A stretch of DNA of 64,000 bases from an uncultured Prevotellaceae bacterium. Lineage in GTDB: Bacteria; Bacteroidota; Bacteroidia; Bacteroidales; Bacteroidaceae. Below, piece by piece: positions 28,939 through 38,840 of the stretch. Numbering within the stretch: the stretch's first letter is position 1; each line of letters opens with the position of its first letter. The stretch is from NCBI GenBank assembly GCA_900314755.1, contig OMWH01000002.1, forward strand, positions 25,926 to 89,925, written 5' to 3'. The notes beneath the pieces are model-generated. The model was not told where the DNA came from. It was given only the letters and a program-made list of their open reading frames with translations, and ran no database searches. The position numbers and the translations under genes are program-made.

Positions 28939-30462
28939 TCAGAACGGCAGAGGACCATTGTCACCACCCTCGAAAGGCGACTGCTCCATCGCCGGCTGCT
29001 CACCGTTCACACGGCTGCCGAGAATCTCTCCCCCATTGTCATCCGACTGCTTGCGACGACCCAGACGACTGTCCTCCGGGTTCTCGAAGCGGGTGAACTC
29101 ACCACGGAAGGTCAGCAGCACATCACCGGTGGCACCCTTACGATGCTTGGCAATGATGATCTGTGCCATGCCATGCAGGTCACGACCGTTATCATCCTGA
29201 TAGATATGGTAGTATTCCGGACGATGGACGAAGAGCACCATATCCGCATCCTGCTCGATGGCTCCCGACTCACGGAGGTCAGAGAGCTGGGGACGCTTAC
29301 CCTCCAAGCCCTCACGGCTCTCCACACCACGGTTCAACTGCGAGAGGGCGATGATGGGGATGTCCAGCTCCTTCGCCAGTCCTTTCAGAGAACGGCTGAT
29401 GGTCGACACCTCCTCCTGACGACTGGAGAAGCGCATACCGTTGGCATTCATCAACTGCAGGTAGTCAATCATGATTATCTTCACCCCATGCTCACGCACC
29501 AGTCGGCGTGCCTTGGTACGCAGTTCAAAGACTGAGAGACCCGGGGTGTCGTCGACATAGAGCGGAGCCCCCAGCAGGTTATTGACACGCTTGTCCAGAC
29601 GGTCCCACTCGTCAGGATGCAACTGACCGTTCAGGATCTTCGAGCCCTGTATCTCACAGACGTTCGATATCAGACGGTTCACCAGCTGCGTGTTACTCAT
29701 CTCAAGAGAGAAGAATGCCATCGGCACCTGATAGTCGGCGGCGATATTCTTAGCCATAGAGAGGGCAAAGGAGGTCTTACCCATGGCAGGACGACCCGCG
29801 ATAATCACCAGGTCGGAAGGTTGCCAGCCACTGGTGATATCGTCGAGTTTATGATAACCCGTCGGCACACCCGTCAGACCATCCTTGTTGGCAGCCGCCT
29901 TCTGGATGACATCCACCGCATTCTTGATGACAGGGTCAATCTGCGTATAGTCCTTCTTCATGTTCTTCTGCGAGAGTTCGAAGAGGGAGCCCTCCGCCTC
30001 CTGCATCAGGTCATCAATGTCTATCGTCTCGTCGAAAGCCTTCGTCTCGATGAAGCTGGCATAGGATATCAACTGGCGCGCCAGGAATTTCTGGGCGATG
30101 ATGCGGGCATGATACTCGACATTGGCAGAAGATGCCACTCGTGAGGACAGCTCCATCACATAGGCAGGACCACCCACGTCCTCCAGGTCTCCCTGCTTGG
30201 CAAGCTGTTCCGTCACCGTCCATACGTCGACGGGCTGCTCCTTCAGCTCCAGGTCACGGATTGCCTCGTACACCTTCTGGTTACGGGGCTCATAGAAGCT
30301 CTCGGGATAGAGCATCTCACATACCACGGTATAGGCATCCTTGTCAATCATCAGGGCACCCAGCACGGCACGCTCTATCTCGGTTGCCTGGGGCTGCACA
30401 TGGGCATAGGTATTGTCTGTCTGTTGTGTTCGGCGCGTTCTGCGCTGGTTGTTCTCTGGCAT
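28939..30462 (-). CDS. dnaB: Replicative DNA helicase
   Basis: GRPAMGKT, IDYLQL, LSQLNR, SDLRESGAIEQDAD, AKHRKG; no intein. Confidence 0.98.
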   Translation of the reverse strand: MPENNQRRTRRTQQTDNTYAHVQPQATEIERAVLGALMIDKDAYTVVCEMLYPESFYEPRNQKVYEAIRDLELKEQPVDVWTVTEQLAKQGDLEDVGGPAYVMELSSRVASSANVEYHARIIAQKFLARQLISYASFIETKAFDETIDIDDLMQEAEGSLFELSQKNMKKDYTQIDPVIKNAVDVIQKAAANKDGLTGVPTGYHKLDDITSGWQPSDLVIIAGRPAMGKTSFALSMAKNIAADYQVPMAFFSLEMSNTQLVNRLISNVCEIQGSKILNGQLHPDEWDRLDKRVNNLLGAPLYVDDTPGLSVFELRTKARRLVREHGVKIIMIDYLQLMNANGMRFSSRQEEVSTISRSLKGLAKELDIPIIALSQLNRGVESREGLEGKRPQLSDLRESGAIEQDADMVLFVHRPEYYHIYQDDNGRDLHGMAQIIIAKHRKGATGDVLLTFRGEFTRFENPEDSRLGRRKQSDDNGGEILGSRVNGEQPAMEQSPFEGGDNGPLPF

Positions 30463-30483
30463 AATTCTCTTTTTTTTATATTA

Positions 30484-30528
30484 TACTATAGGAACTATAG
30501 TGACTATAGGTACTATAGTGATTATAGT
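30484..30528. repeat. 5 x 9-bp micro-tandem array (nACTATAGn)
   Basis: TACTATAGG AACTATAGT GACTATAGG TACTATAGT GATTATAGT; overlaps the nadE stop. Confidence 0.85.
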
Positions 30529-32444
30529 GCTTCACACTCTTTCAGCCACAACGCACTAGAGGCGTCACTCGGCATGCGCCAGTCACCACGGGGCGACAGG
30601 CTGACACTTCCCACCTTCGGACCGTCGGGCAGACAGGAGCGCTTGAACTGCTGGTTGAAGAATCGGCGGCAGAACGTTGTCAGCCACTTCTTGACAGTCT
30701 CTTTGTCGTATTTCTCCCCAAAGGCATGACATGCCAGGAAGAATATCTTTTTGGGACGGAAACCGAAACGCAGGAAGTAATACAGGAAGAAGTCGTGCAA
30801 CTCATAGGGTCCCACCAGGTCTTCCGTCTTCTGTTTGATGTTCCCATGCTCATCGGCAGGAGTCAGCTCCGGTGAGATGGGAGTATCGATGATGTCCAGC
30901 AGGGTCTCCTGCTGTGCCTTGAACTGTGGAAGGTGTGCCACATAACGGATCAGGTATTGTATCAGTGTCTTGGGAATGCTGGCATTGACACCATACATCG
31001 ACATGTGGTCACCGTTATACGTCGCCCATCCGAGAGCCAGTTCTGAGAGGTCACCAGTCCCCACCACCATGGCATTGAGCTGGTTGGCAAGGTCCATCAG
31101 TATCTGTGTCCTCTCCCGCGCCTGTGAGTTCTCATAAGTCACGTCATGCTTCTTCATATCATGACCGATATCCTCGAAATGCTGGGTCACTGCCTTGGCA
31201 ATGGATATCTCCATCTGCGAGATATTCAGGGTCTGCATGAGCGTCGTGGCATTATCATGGGTACGGTCTGTCGTGCCAAAGCCCGGCATGGTAACACAGA
31301 CAATACCTTTGCGGTCGAATCCCAGTTTGTCAAAGGTACGGACACATACCAACAGGGCGAGTGTGGAGTCCAGTCCACCGCTGATACCCACCACCACGTG
31401 CTGGCAGTTGGTATGTACCAGACGTTTGGCAAGACCTGCCGTCTGGATATTCAGTATCTCCTCACAGGTCGCAGCCATCTCTGCATCCTGTGGGATGAAG
31501 GGATGAGGATTGACAGAACGCAGCATCTTGAACTCCGGAAGCTCTACGGGCTTGCATTCTACCACCTGTGCCTTTCCGTCACGCTGGGCGCTGATGAAGG
31601 TGGAGTTGGTATGACGCTCGGTGCGTAACCTCTCCACATCAATCTGGGTCATCTGCAACTGTGGCTGGAAGGAATACCGCTCCCCTTCTACCAACAGATG
31701 ACCGTTCTCGAAAATCATGGCATTACCGCCATAAACGACATCCTGTGTTGACTCACCGAAGCCACATGAGGCATAGACATAGCCGCTAATAGTACGGGCA
31801 CTCTGCTGTGCCACGAGGGAGCGCAAGTAGTCGTGCTTACCTATCAGCTCGTCACTGGCGGAGCAGTTAAGGATGATATCTGCACCAGCCATCGTCAGGT
31901 TGTTGCTGGGAGGTATGGGTGCCCATACGTCCTCACAGATCTCTACACCAAACTTCACGCCATCAACGGTCTGGAACACTTTTGGCTCGGCAGACAAAAG
32001 GGTATGGGTACCGGCGATGTAAAGGTCGGTAGGATTCAGGTCCTGCGCAGAGGCGAACCATCGTTTCTCATAAAACTCATTATAGTTGGGCAGATAGGTC
32101 TTGGGGACCAGTCCCAACAGACTGCCACCCTGGATGATTGCCGCACAGTTGAGCAACAGTCCTCCTGCCTGTACCGGCAAACCTACCACACAGATGATGT
32201 TCAACTTACGGGTGAAGTCCAACAGCATCATAAGCCCCTCCTCTGCCTTCGTAAGCAACAACTGCTCCTTGAAGAGGTCCTGACAACTATAACCTGTGAT
32301 TGCCATCTCCGGGAAACAGATGAGTTCTGCTCCCTGTCCTTCTGCATTCGCTATTAACTTCTCGATCTCGAGCACGTTATACTCTACATCAGCGACTTTA
32401 ACGGCAGGCACTGCGGCTGCCACGGTAATCAGTCCATGTTTCAT
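30522..32444 (-). CDS. nadE: Glutamine-dependent NAD+ synthetase
   Basis: N-terminal CN-hydrolase domain (FPE, ICED), SGGLDS, ENSQARER, KRSCLPDGPK. Confidence 0.97.
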   Translation of the reverse strand: MKHGLITVAAAVPAVKVADVEYNVLEIEKLIANAEGQGAELICFPEMAITGYSCQDLFKEQLLLTKAEEGLMMLLDFTRKLNIICVVGLPVQAGGLLLNCAAIIQGGSLLGLVPKTYLPNYNEFYEKRWFASAQDLNPTDLYIAGTHTLLSAEPKVFQTVDGVKFGVEICEDVWAPIPPSNNLTMAGADIILNCSASDELIGKHDYLRSLVAQQSARTISGYVYASCGFGESTQDVVYGGNAMIFENGHLLVEGERYSFQPQLQMTQIDVERLRTERHTNSTFISAQRDGKAQVVECKPVELPEFKMLRSVNPHPFIPQDAEMAATCEEILNIQTAGLAKRLVHTNCQHVVVGISGGLDSTLALLVCVRTFDKLGFDRKGIVCVTMPGFGTTDRTHDNATTLMQTLNISQMEISIAKAVTQHFEDIGHDMKKHDVTYENSQARERTQILMDLANQLNAMVVGTGDLSELALGWATYNGDHMSMYGVNASIPKTLIQYLIRYVAHLPQFKAQQETLLDIIDTPISPELTPADEHGNIKQKTEDLVGPYELHDFFLYYFLRFGFRPKKIFFLACHAFGEKYDKETVKKWLTTFCRRFFNQQFKRSCLPDGPKVGSVSLSPRGDWRMPSDASSALWLKECEAL

Positions 32445-32454
32445 ATTTAATTTT

Positions 32455-32525
32455 TTTCGTTGTTTCGTTATTTTCGTTGTTTCGGCATTTCGAATTTCGG
32501 GATTTCGAATCTCGGGATTTCGTTA
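32455..32525. repeat. Micro-tandem array of 7-9-bp TTTCG-containing units
   Basis: TTTCGTTG TTTCGTTA TTTTCGTTG TTTCGGCA TTTCGAA TTTCGGGA TTTCGAA TCTCGGGA TTTCGTTA. Confidence 0.8.
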
Positions 32526-32541
32526 TTCCAATATTCCGTGG

Positions 32542-33759
32542 TTATGGAATCAGAAGTGACGAATCACCATAGCTCAGGAAACGGAAGTCGTGAGACAAGG
32601 CGTAATCGTAGATACACCGCCAGTTACCCTTTACAAAGGCACTCACCAGCAAGAGCAGCGTAGACTGCGGCTGATGGAAGTTGGTGACGAGCATCTTCAC
32701 TATCTTATAGTCATAACCAGGGGCAATGATAATCTGCGTGGAGGAATGAAGCACCGTCAACGCATGACGGTCCATCCAGTCAAGCAAGGCTTGAAGCACC
32801 ACGCTCACCGCTTCCTCCTTACCTTTTTCCTCATAGGGCTCCCACTGGTTCACATGCAACTGCTCCTCCGTCAGGTCAGGATTCGCCATCACTTTCAGTC
32901 CCATATAGTAAAGACTCTCCAACGTCCGCACACTGGTGGTGCCGACGGCTATCGCCTCGCCATTGTAGGCAATCAGCCGTTCTATGGTGTGACGACGTAC
33001 GGCGATATACTCCGTATGCATAGGATGTTCGCCAATGGTCTCACTCTTCACCGGGCGGAACGTACCGGCACCCACATGCAGGGTGAGCTCTTCCCGCTCA
33101 ATGCCATGGTTATCCAAGTCGGCAAGTACTTTTTCCGTGAAATGGAGACCTGCCGTCGGGGCTGCCACACTTCCCTTGATTTTCGAATATACGGTCTGGT
33201 AAGTGGTCTTGTCGCTCTCTTGTGTCTCACGATTCAGATAGGGAGGAATAGGCAGTTCGCCCGCCACGTCGATAATCTCAGCAAAGGACACATCACCATC
33301 CCACTCAAAACGGATGAGCTGACTCGTCCCCACCTCTCCCATTCGCAAGGCCCTTAACTCTAACCTCTCACCTCTCACCTCTAATTTACGCCTTAGCACA
33401 TTCCCCTCTTTCCATTTCTTCTGATTACCCACTAAGCAGAGCCAAGAGCAATGTCCACGCATCTGGAACATCTGCTCATAGTCGGCAGGCTCGTAAGGCT
33501 CCAACAGGAACACCTCTATCAAGGCTCCCGTATCTTTATGGAAATGCAGACGTGCCTGTATCACCTTCGTATTGTTGAACACCATGAGGGCTTTCGAAGG
33601 TAAATACTGGGGAAGGTTGTAGAACACATCCTCCCCTACTACACCTTTATTATATATAAGGAGCTTCGAGTGGTCACGCTCCGCCATCGGAAACTTAGCG
33701 ATGCGGTCGTCTTCCAACTCGTAGTTATAATCACTGATATGTATCTCTTTTGTATCCAT
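32542..33759 (-). CDS. queA: S-adenosylmethionine:tRNA ribosyltransferase-isomerase
   Basis: NNTKVIQAR, PIPPYLNR, YQTVY, VAAPTAGLHF, FLSYGD. Confidence 0.97.
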   Translation of the reverse strand: MDTKEIHISDYNYELEDDRIAKFPMAERDHSKLLIYNKGVVGEDVFYNLPQYLPSKALMVFNNTKVIQARLHFHKDTGALIEVFLLEPYEPADYEQMFQMRGHCSWLCLVGNQKKWKEGNVLRRKLEVRGERLELRALRMGEVGTSQLIRFEWDGDVSFAEIIDVAGELPIPPYLNRETQESDKTTYQTVYSKIKGSVAAPTAGLHFTEKVLADLDNHGIEREELTLHVGAGTFRPVKSETIGEHPMHTEYIAVRRHTIERLIAYNGEAIAVGTTSVRTLESLYYMGLKVMANPDLTEEQLHVNQWEPYEEKGKEEAVSVVLQALLDWMDRHALTVLHSSTQIIIAPGYDYKIVKMLVTNFHQPQSTLLLLVSAFVKGNWRCIYDYALSHDFRFLSYGDSSLLIP

Positions 33760-33798
33760 TTCTTATATTTTACCAGTATTCCGCTCTGAGAACATCAT

Positions 33799-34452
33799 CT
33801 ACAGATGTACTTCGAGAAGTGCCATGACGACAGCTGTCAGGAAGGTGAGTCCCAGAATACAGATAGGTACATAGCATTGGCGGATGTCATACTTAACAGG
33901 TATGGTGATACGCCGATAAAGCTGATAAACGAGCCAGCCCACGAAACCTCCCCACAGAAGTCCGACGGTGATATCACCAGGATAGTGAACACCCAGGTAC
34001 AGACGGGTGTAGCAGTTCAGCAGCGACCACCCTACAAGGAAGAAGGTGAGCATGCGCTGCCGCATCAGCAGAGAGAAGAAGATAGCGATGCTGAACGTGT
34101 TGGCGGCATGGGCTGAGAAGAAACCGTACTTTCCCCCACGATAGCCGTTAACCACATCCACTAAGGAACCGATCTCCGGATCATGGGTGGGACGCCAACG
34201 AGCTACAAGAGGTTTGACGATACCGTCGTCAACAGCTCCTGCTAATAAATAACAGAGTCCTGCAGCAGCAAGGATAAGCAGTACATCACGGACATTCTTG
34301 TTTGTCTTCAATACGACATAGAAGAGTCCAATATAAAGGGGTATCCACGTCTTGGCATTCGTCAATGTCAGGATGAGGTAGTCCATGAACAATGAATCAC
34401 TGCCGTTGACCATCAGCAGTAGCTGTTTGTCATACTGTATGATTTCTTCCAT
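33799..34452 (-). CDS. PAP2 family phosphatase
   Basis: KPLVARWRP, FSAHA, TRLYLGVHYPGD motifs. Confidence 0.92.
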   Translation of the reverse strand: MEEIIQYDKQLLLMVNGSDSLFMDYLILTLTNAKTWIPLYIGLFYVVLKTNKNVRDVLLILAAAGLCYLLAGAVDDGIVKPLVARWRPTHDPEIGSLVDVVNGYRGGKYGFFSAHAANTFSIAIFFSLLMRQRMLTFFLVGWSLLNCYTRLYLGVHYPGDITVGLLWGGFVGWLVYQLYRRITIPVKYDIRQCYVPICILGLTFLTAVVMALLEVHL

Positions 34453-34487
34453 CGCCTTCGGTATTTTGTTATTTCATTCTTTCCTGT

Positions 34488-37091
34488 TCAGATAATCTCC
34501 AATTGCTTTGTCTCTATCCATCCTTCCTTGCCGTCATCCACCCGGATTTCCTTCCAGTCCTTCATCGAACCGTCTGTAATGGTGACACGAGTTCCCTCGT
34601 GCAGGATGAACAGGTCTGTTCCATTCTTAGAAGGAGTACTCTTGATGGGAGCTGATGTCTGTATGATAATGGCTCCCGTACGATTCGTCAGTTTCCGCTT
34701 CTGCTGGAAAGCGAAGAGATTGCCCAACAGGAAGACGAAGAGGAAGAACAAGGCGCCAAAGAAGCCCACCTTACGTAACCATATGCGGTCGGAAAAAAGA
34801 TAGGCAAGAACGAGCATGATAGCAATGGCAAGGGCGACTAAGGCAGTTCGTGCCCATGCGTCAACACTCATCAGGTTGACAAGGGAGTGATACCACGTGA
34901 CAAAGAACATCTCCGACTCGGGGGTGATCTTGTCAATGGTCTTCGAGCGCGCCATCTGCAGGTTGAAACGGATATCAGCATCCCCAGGGGATAACAGCAA
35001 GGCACGCTCATAGTTCAGGATGGCCTTTGTCATATTGTCCGTCCGATAGTAGGCATTCCCTAAGTTATAATACAGGTCGGCACTTACACCCTGCTTCAGC
35101 AAAGCCTCATAATCGGCTATCGCCTGCTGGTAACGCTCGTGGACATAAGCACTGTCTGCATCTGCTTTCGTCACTGCACCAGCCGTCAATGAGAGCATCA
35201 GCATCATCAATAATACAGGGGCGACTTTACTGCGGATATGCTTCTTACCTTTCAAAAAGTCCTCAATCTTCATAATCGCATTGATAGCGGCATCATATAC
35301 CTTATTCATATTACCACTGGCATCTCCCGGGGCATAACGGGCATACTCACATTCGTCAAGGGCTCCGATAAACTGACTGACGGTATCGCTATCGACACCC
35401 CGTTCTGTGAGCTGCTGACTAATGTTCTCGCGAGACAGCTGGGTAACTGGCATGTCAAGTTTGTCGCCTACATAGCCCCAAAGAGCACGCAGCACCTCGT
35501 CATAGAACTCACTCTGCTTTCCTGCTTTCAGCAACTTGTCTGCCTGACGCAGACGACGGACAGCCACCTTATTGGCACGCTTTCCACGCATCTTACCGAT
35601 ATTGGCATTTTCTATCGCCCGATGACGGAAGATAATGAAAAGAGAGATAAAGACGGCAAGGAGGACGGCAAGACTCATCCAATAGAACGTGGAGCCGAAG
35701 AAGTACTCATCAACGGCACGCAGACGGATTGGGTCGGTCTTGATATAACGAATGTCCTTGTTCAGCTGTTTCACCTCCTCTCCTGTATAAGCCGCCACAC
35801 TGGATGTGCCGTCACCCTTTGCCACATCGAGTGTAAATGCCTGTGTATGCAATGTCTTGTAAGCATTTACCTGAGTATCATAATAGGTGAACTCCACAGG
35901 AGGTATCTCGTACTTACCTTGATGACGAGGGACCACAAGGATATCATACACCATGCTGCCTTCAATACCATTAGTAGTGAGCTTAGTATTGTCTGTTATC
36001 TTGGCATCATACTGATCAAAGTCCTTGGGCAGATTGACGACAGGCTGTTTGATGAGTTTCAAGTTACCTGTACCACTCACCGTCACACGGAAAGTGACGG
36101 GGTCATTAGCCTTCACTTCTTTCTTATCAATAGTGGCTGAGAGGTTAAAGGAACCTACCCCACCCGAGAAGTTGGTGGGACGTGCTGGCAGCGGATCAAC
36201 GGTAATAGTCAGACCCGGCGCTTTGATTTCCTTCTTCACCTCCATATAACCAGAACCGCCATTGAAGAATGCCTCAAAAGGATCAACGTTACGATTCTGT
36301 ATCACCACCATACCCTCGTAGGTAATACTTGGAATCTCCAACTTACCCGTGGTCTGTGGGAACATGACATACTGTTGCCATGTTACGGTGCGATAAGGAC
36401 GACCGTTAAGAGTCTCGAGCTTAAAACTCTTCTCCTGGGGAAGAGGTACCTCACGGGTATAGAAGCTCTTCAGGTCGGGCATCTTACCGCTTAACGAGGT
36501 GAGGTCGACCAAGGTATATACCTTATAGGTCAACAGGATAGGCTCCTGCTCATGAACACGGCTCTTGTTGGCACTTACCTTGATAAATAGATCGCTACCA
36601 GAGATATGACTGCCTGCTGCCCGAGCCTGCCCACCACCCTGCGGATGCTGGGCACCACCACGACCACCACTCTGAGCCGTTCCTGAAACCTTAATATGCA
36701 ATTCGTTGGAATGCACTGACTTACCATTTATGGTGGCATGGGCTGAAGGAATGGTAAACGAACCATTCTTCGTCGCAGAGAGAATATAGGTATAGGTTAC
36801 GGATGTCGAACTGGACGTATGTCCGTTGACCATCTGGAAACTCGACTGCGTGGAGGTGCTCGGTCCCATCAAAACCTCAAAGGCATCAGGTATATTTCCC
36901 GCACGGAAACCACTAACATCATCGGTATTGACGGTATAGGATAGACGGAACTGCTCACCTACCGCCACCTGCGAGGGAGCCTTTCCTTTTATCTGCTGGG
37001 CAGATGAGAGAAGAGGTAAAAAGGTAATAAGGTAAAGAGGTAACAACCATTTTACCCACCCTTGAACCTTATTATATATAGTCAATTTCAT
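34488..37091 (-). CDS. batD: BatD-BatE fusion protein
   Basis: Signal peptide, BatD Ig-like repeats and TM; then an internal hydrophobic segment, TPRs (YYNLGNAYY) and SH3-like end (LHEGTRV...EGWI) of BatE; single 867-aa frame. Confidence 0.85.
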   Translation of the reverse strand: MKLTIYNKVQGWVKWLLPLYLITFLPLLSSAQQIKGKAPSQVAVGEQFRLSYTVNTDDVSGFRAGNIPDAFEVLMGPSTSTQSSFQMVNGHTSSSTSVTYTYILSATKNGSFTIPSAHATINGKSVHSNELHIKVSGTAQSGGRGGAQHPQGGGQARAAGSHISGSDLFIKVSANKSRVHEQEPILLTYKVYTLVDLTSLSGKMPDLKSFYTREVPLPQEKSFKLETLNGRPYRTVTWQQYVMFPQTTGKLEIPSITYEGMVVIQNRNVDPFEAFFNGGSGYMEVKKEIKAPGLTITVDPLPARPTNFSGGVGSFNLSATIDKKEVKANDPVTFRVTVSGTGNLKLIKQPVVNLPKDFDQYDAKITDNTKLTTNGIEGSMVYDILVVPRHQGKYEIPPVEFTYYDTQVNAYKTLHTQAFTLDVAKGDGTSSVAAYTGEEVKQLNKDIRYIKTDPIRLRAVDEYFFGSTFYWMSLAVLLAVFISLFIIFRHRAIENANIGKMRGKRANKVAVRRLRQADKLLKAGKQSEFYDEVLRALWGYVGDKLDMPVTQLSRENISQQLTERGVDSDTVSQFIGALDECEYARYAPGDASGNMNKVYDAAINAIMKIEDFLKGKKHIRSKVAPVLLMMLMLSLTAGAVTKADADSAYVHERYQQAIADYEALLKQGVSADLYYNLGNAYYRTDNMTKAILNYERALLLSPGDADIRFNLQMARSKTIDKITPESEMFFVTWYHSLVNLMSVDAWARTALVALAIAIMLVLAYLFSDRIWLRKVGFFGALFFLFVFLLGNLFAFQQKRKLTNRTGAIIIQTSAPIKSTPSKNGTDLFILHEGTRVTITDGSMKDWKEIRVDDGKEGWIETKQLEII

Positions 37092-37128
37092 CGTCTACAA
37101 TTTTAACTTTCTAACTTTTTCTTTTACC

Positions 37129-38832
37129 CTACCAGTTCTTCTGCAACTTACGGGTCTGCTTTTGATGCTGTGCCTTCTTAATACGCTGCTGCGTGTTTTT
37201 CTCTTCCTGCATAGCGGCATTCAGCAACTGCTCAGCATTCTCCTTACTCATCTGGGGCTTCTGCTGCTCCTGTTGCTGCTTTTTATCCTGTTGCTTCTGT
37301 TGGTCTTGCTCGTTCTGGTCTTTATTCTTGTCTTGCTTGTCTTTATTATCCTTATTCTGCTTTTGCTGCTGATTCTGCTGGTTCTGCTGTTGTTGCTTCT
37401 GCTGACGCTTACATAGTTCCAGATTATAACGGGTCTCGTCGTCATTAGGATTATTGCGCAATGCCTCTTTATAAGCCTCTATAGCCTCTCCATACATCTG
37501 GTGTCCCTGACAGATGACACCGATGTTATGATAGGCATAAGAGCGGCGTTTCTGATTCGTCTCCAACTTTGCCGCCTGCTGATACTGCACGATGGCGGCA
37601 GAGTCTTTCTTCTGTGCCAACAGAGCGTTACCAAGGTTATATGCGGCTTGTGGGTTCTTTGCATTCTTCTCGATAGCCTTTCGGTAATCTACCTCTGCCT
37701 CGGCAAACTTACCGGCACGGAACTGCTTATTGCCCTGACGGATATAGTCGCGGTCGCTCTGTGCTTGAGCACCGACAGCCATCAGAAGCAATAGTATGAT
37801 TGCCACTTTCTTGCGACTGAACAGATGAATCTTACGCAGACGGGGATTCTTAATCTCCAGAATACATATCTCAGCAATCAACAGCAGAAGAACCAAGATA
37901 CCAACAGCTTGAAACTGCTCATCAAAGTCACTATATACTGTACTTGATATCTCTTTCTTTGCTAACTTGTCGAGTTCATGATTCAACTGCTCCTGCGCAT
38001 TACTATTGTTCTCGACATGTATATAAGCGCCACCGCCTGCTTCTGCCACCTGTTTACACATATCTTCGTTGAGTGCCGACATAACCGTCGCACCCGTATT
38101 ATCTTTCATATAGTCGTGACTGCCTGCAACAGGAATAGGAGCCCCCTTGGTGGAACCGATACCCAACATATAGACACGCATACCCTTGTCCTTCGCCTCT
38201 TGAGCCGCCTCCATAGCGCCACCCTCATGGTCTTCACCATCAGTGATGACAATAATCGCCTTGCCGACTCCTTCTTCCTGTGTGAAACTGTGAGTAGCCA
38301 TCGTCACAGCGGCAGCAATATCTGTTCCTTGTGTCTCTATCAGCGATGGCTCGATACTGCTCAAGAACATCTTTGCTGATACGAAGTCACTGGTTATCGG
38401 TAACTGGACGAATGCCTCACCGGCAAAGACAATAAGTCCTATCTTATCGTTCGTGAAATGGTCGACGAGATTCTCCACCATCATCTTTGCCCGATCGAGA
38501 CGACTGGGTGCCACATCTTCAGCAAGCATCGAGTTACTGATATCCAAGGCGATAATAGTTTCTATACCTGTCCGCTTCTCATGACTGATCTTCGTTCCCA
38601 TCTGAGGACGAGCCAGCATGACAATCATCAAGGCAAGTGCTGTCAGCAAGAGACAGAACTTCACTAGCGGACGGAAGCGGGAAACATCCGGCATCAGCTG
38701 GCGCACCAGTTCCATATCACCAAAACGACGAAGTTGCTTGCGCTGACGGATGACCATCCACCAACGGATAAATGCCAATACAGGAATCACCACTAAGGCA
38801 TACAGATATATAGGGTCTTCGAATCGAAACAT
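37129..38832 (-). CDS. batB: BatB-BatC fusion (vWA + TPR + Gln/Lys-rich linker)
   Basis: DISNSM MIDAS, ITDGEDH, TPRs, Q-rich tract, terminal KNW; single 567-aa frame. Confidence 0.85.
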   Translation of the reverse strand: MFRFEDPIYLYALVVIPVLAFIRWWMVIRQRKQLRRFGDMELVRQLMPDVSRFRPLVKFCLLLTALALMIVMLARPQMGTKISHEKRTGIETIIALDISNSMLAEDVAPSRLDRAKMMVENLVDHFTNDKIGLIVFAGEAFVQLPITSDFVSAKMFLSSIEPSLIETQGTDIAAAVTMATHSFTQEEGVGKAIIVITDGEDHEGGAMEAAQEAKDKGMRVYMLGIGSTKGAPIPVAGSHDYMKDNTGATVMSALNEDMCKQVAEAGGGAYIHVENNSNAQEQLNHELDKLAKKEISSTVYSDFDEQFQAVGILVLLLLIAEICILEIKNPRLRKIHLFSRKKVAIILLLLMAVGAQAQSDRDYIRQGNKQFRAGKFAEAEVDYRKAIEKNAKNPQAAYNLGNALLAQKKDSAAIVQYQQAAKLETNQKRRSYAYHNIGVICQGHQMYGEAIEAYKEALRNNPNDDETRYNLELCKRQQKQQQQNQQNQQQKQNKDNKDKQDKNKDQNEQDQQKQQDKKQQQEQQKPQMSKENAEQLLNAAMQEEKNTQQRIKKAQHQKQTRKLQKNW

Positions 38833-38840
38833 AGAATCTC

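Noticed and set aside
37250-37420. CAG/AAG-rich low-complexity DNA in batB-batC
   Set aside because: Encodes the usual Gln/Lys-rich BatC linker, not a contingency repeat.
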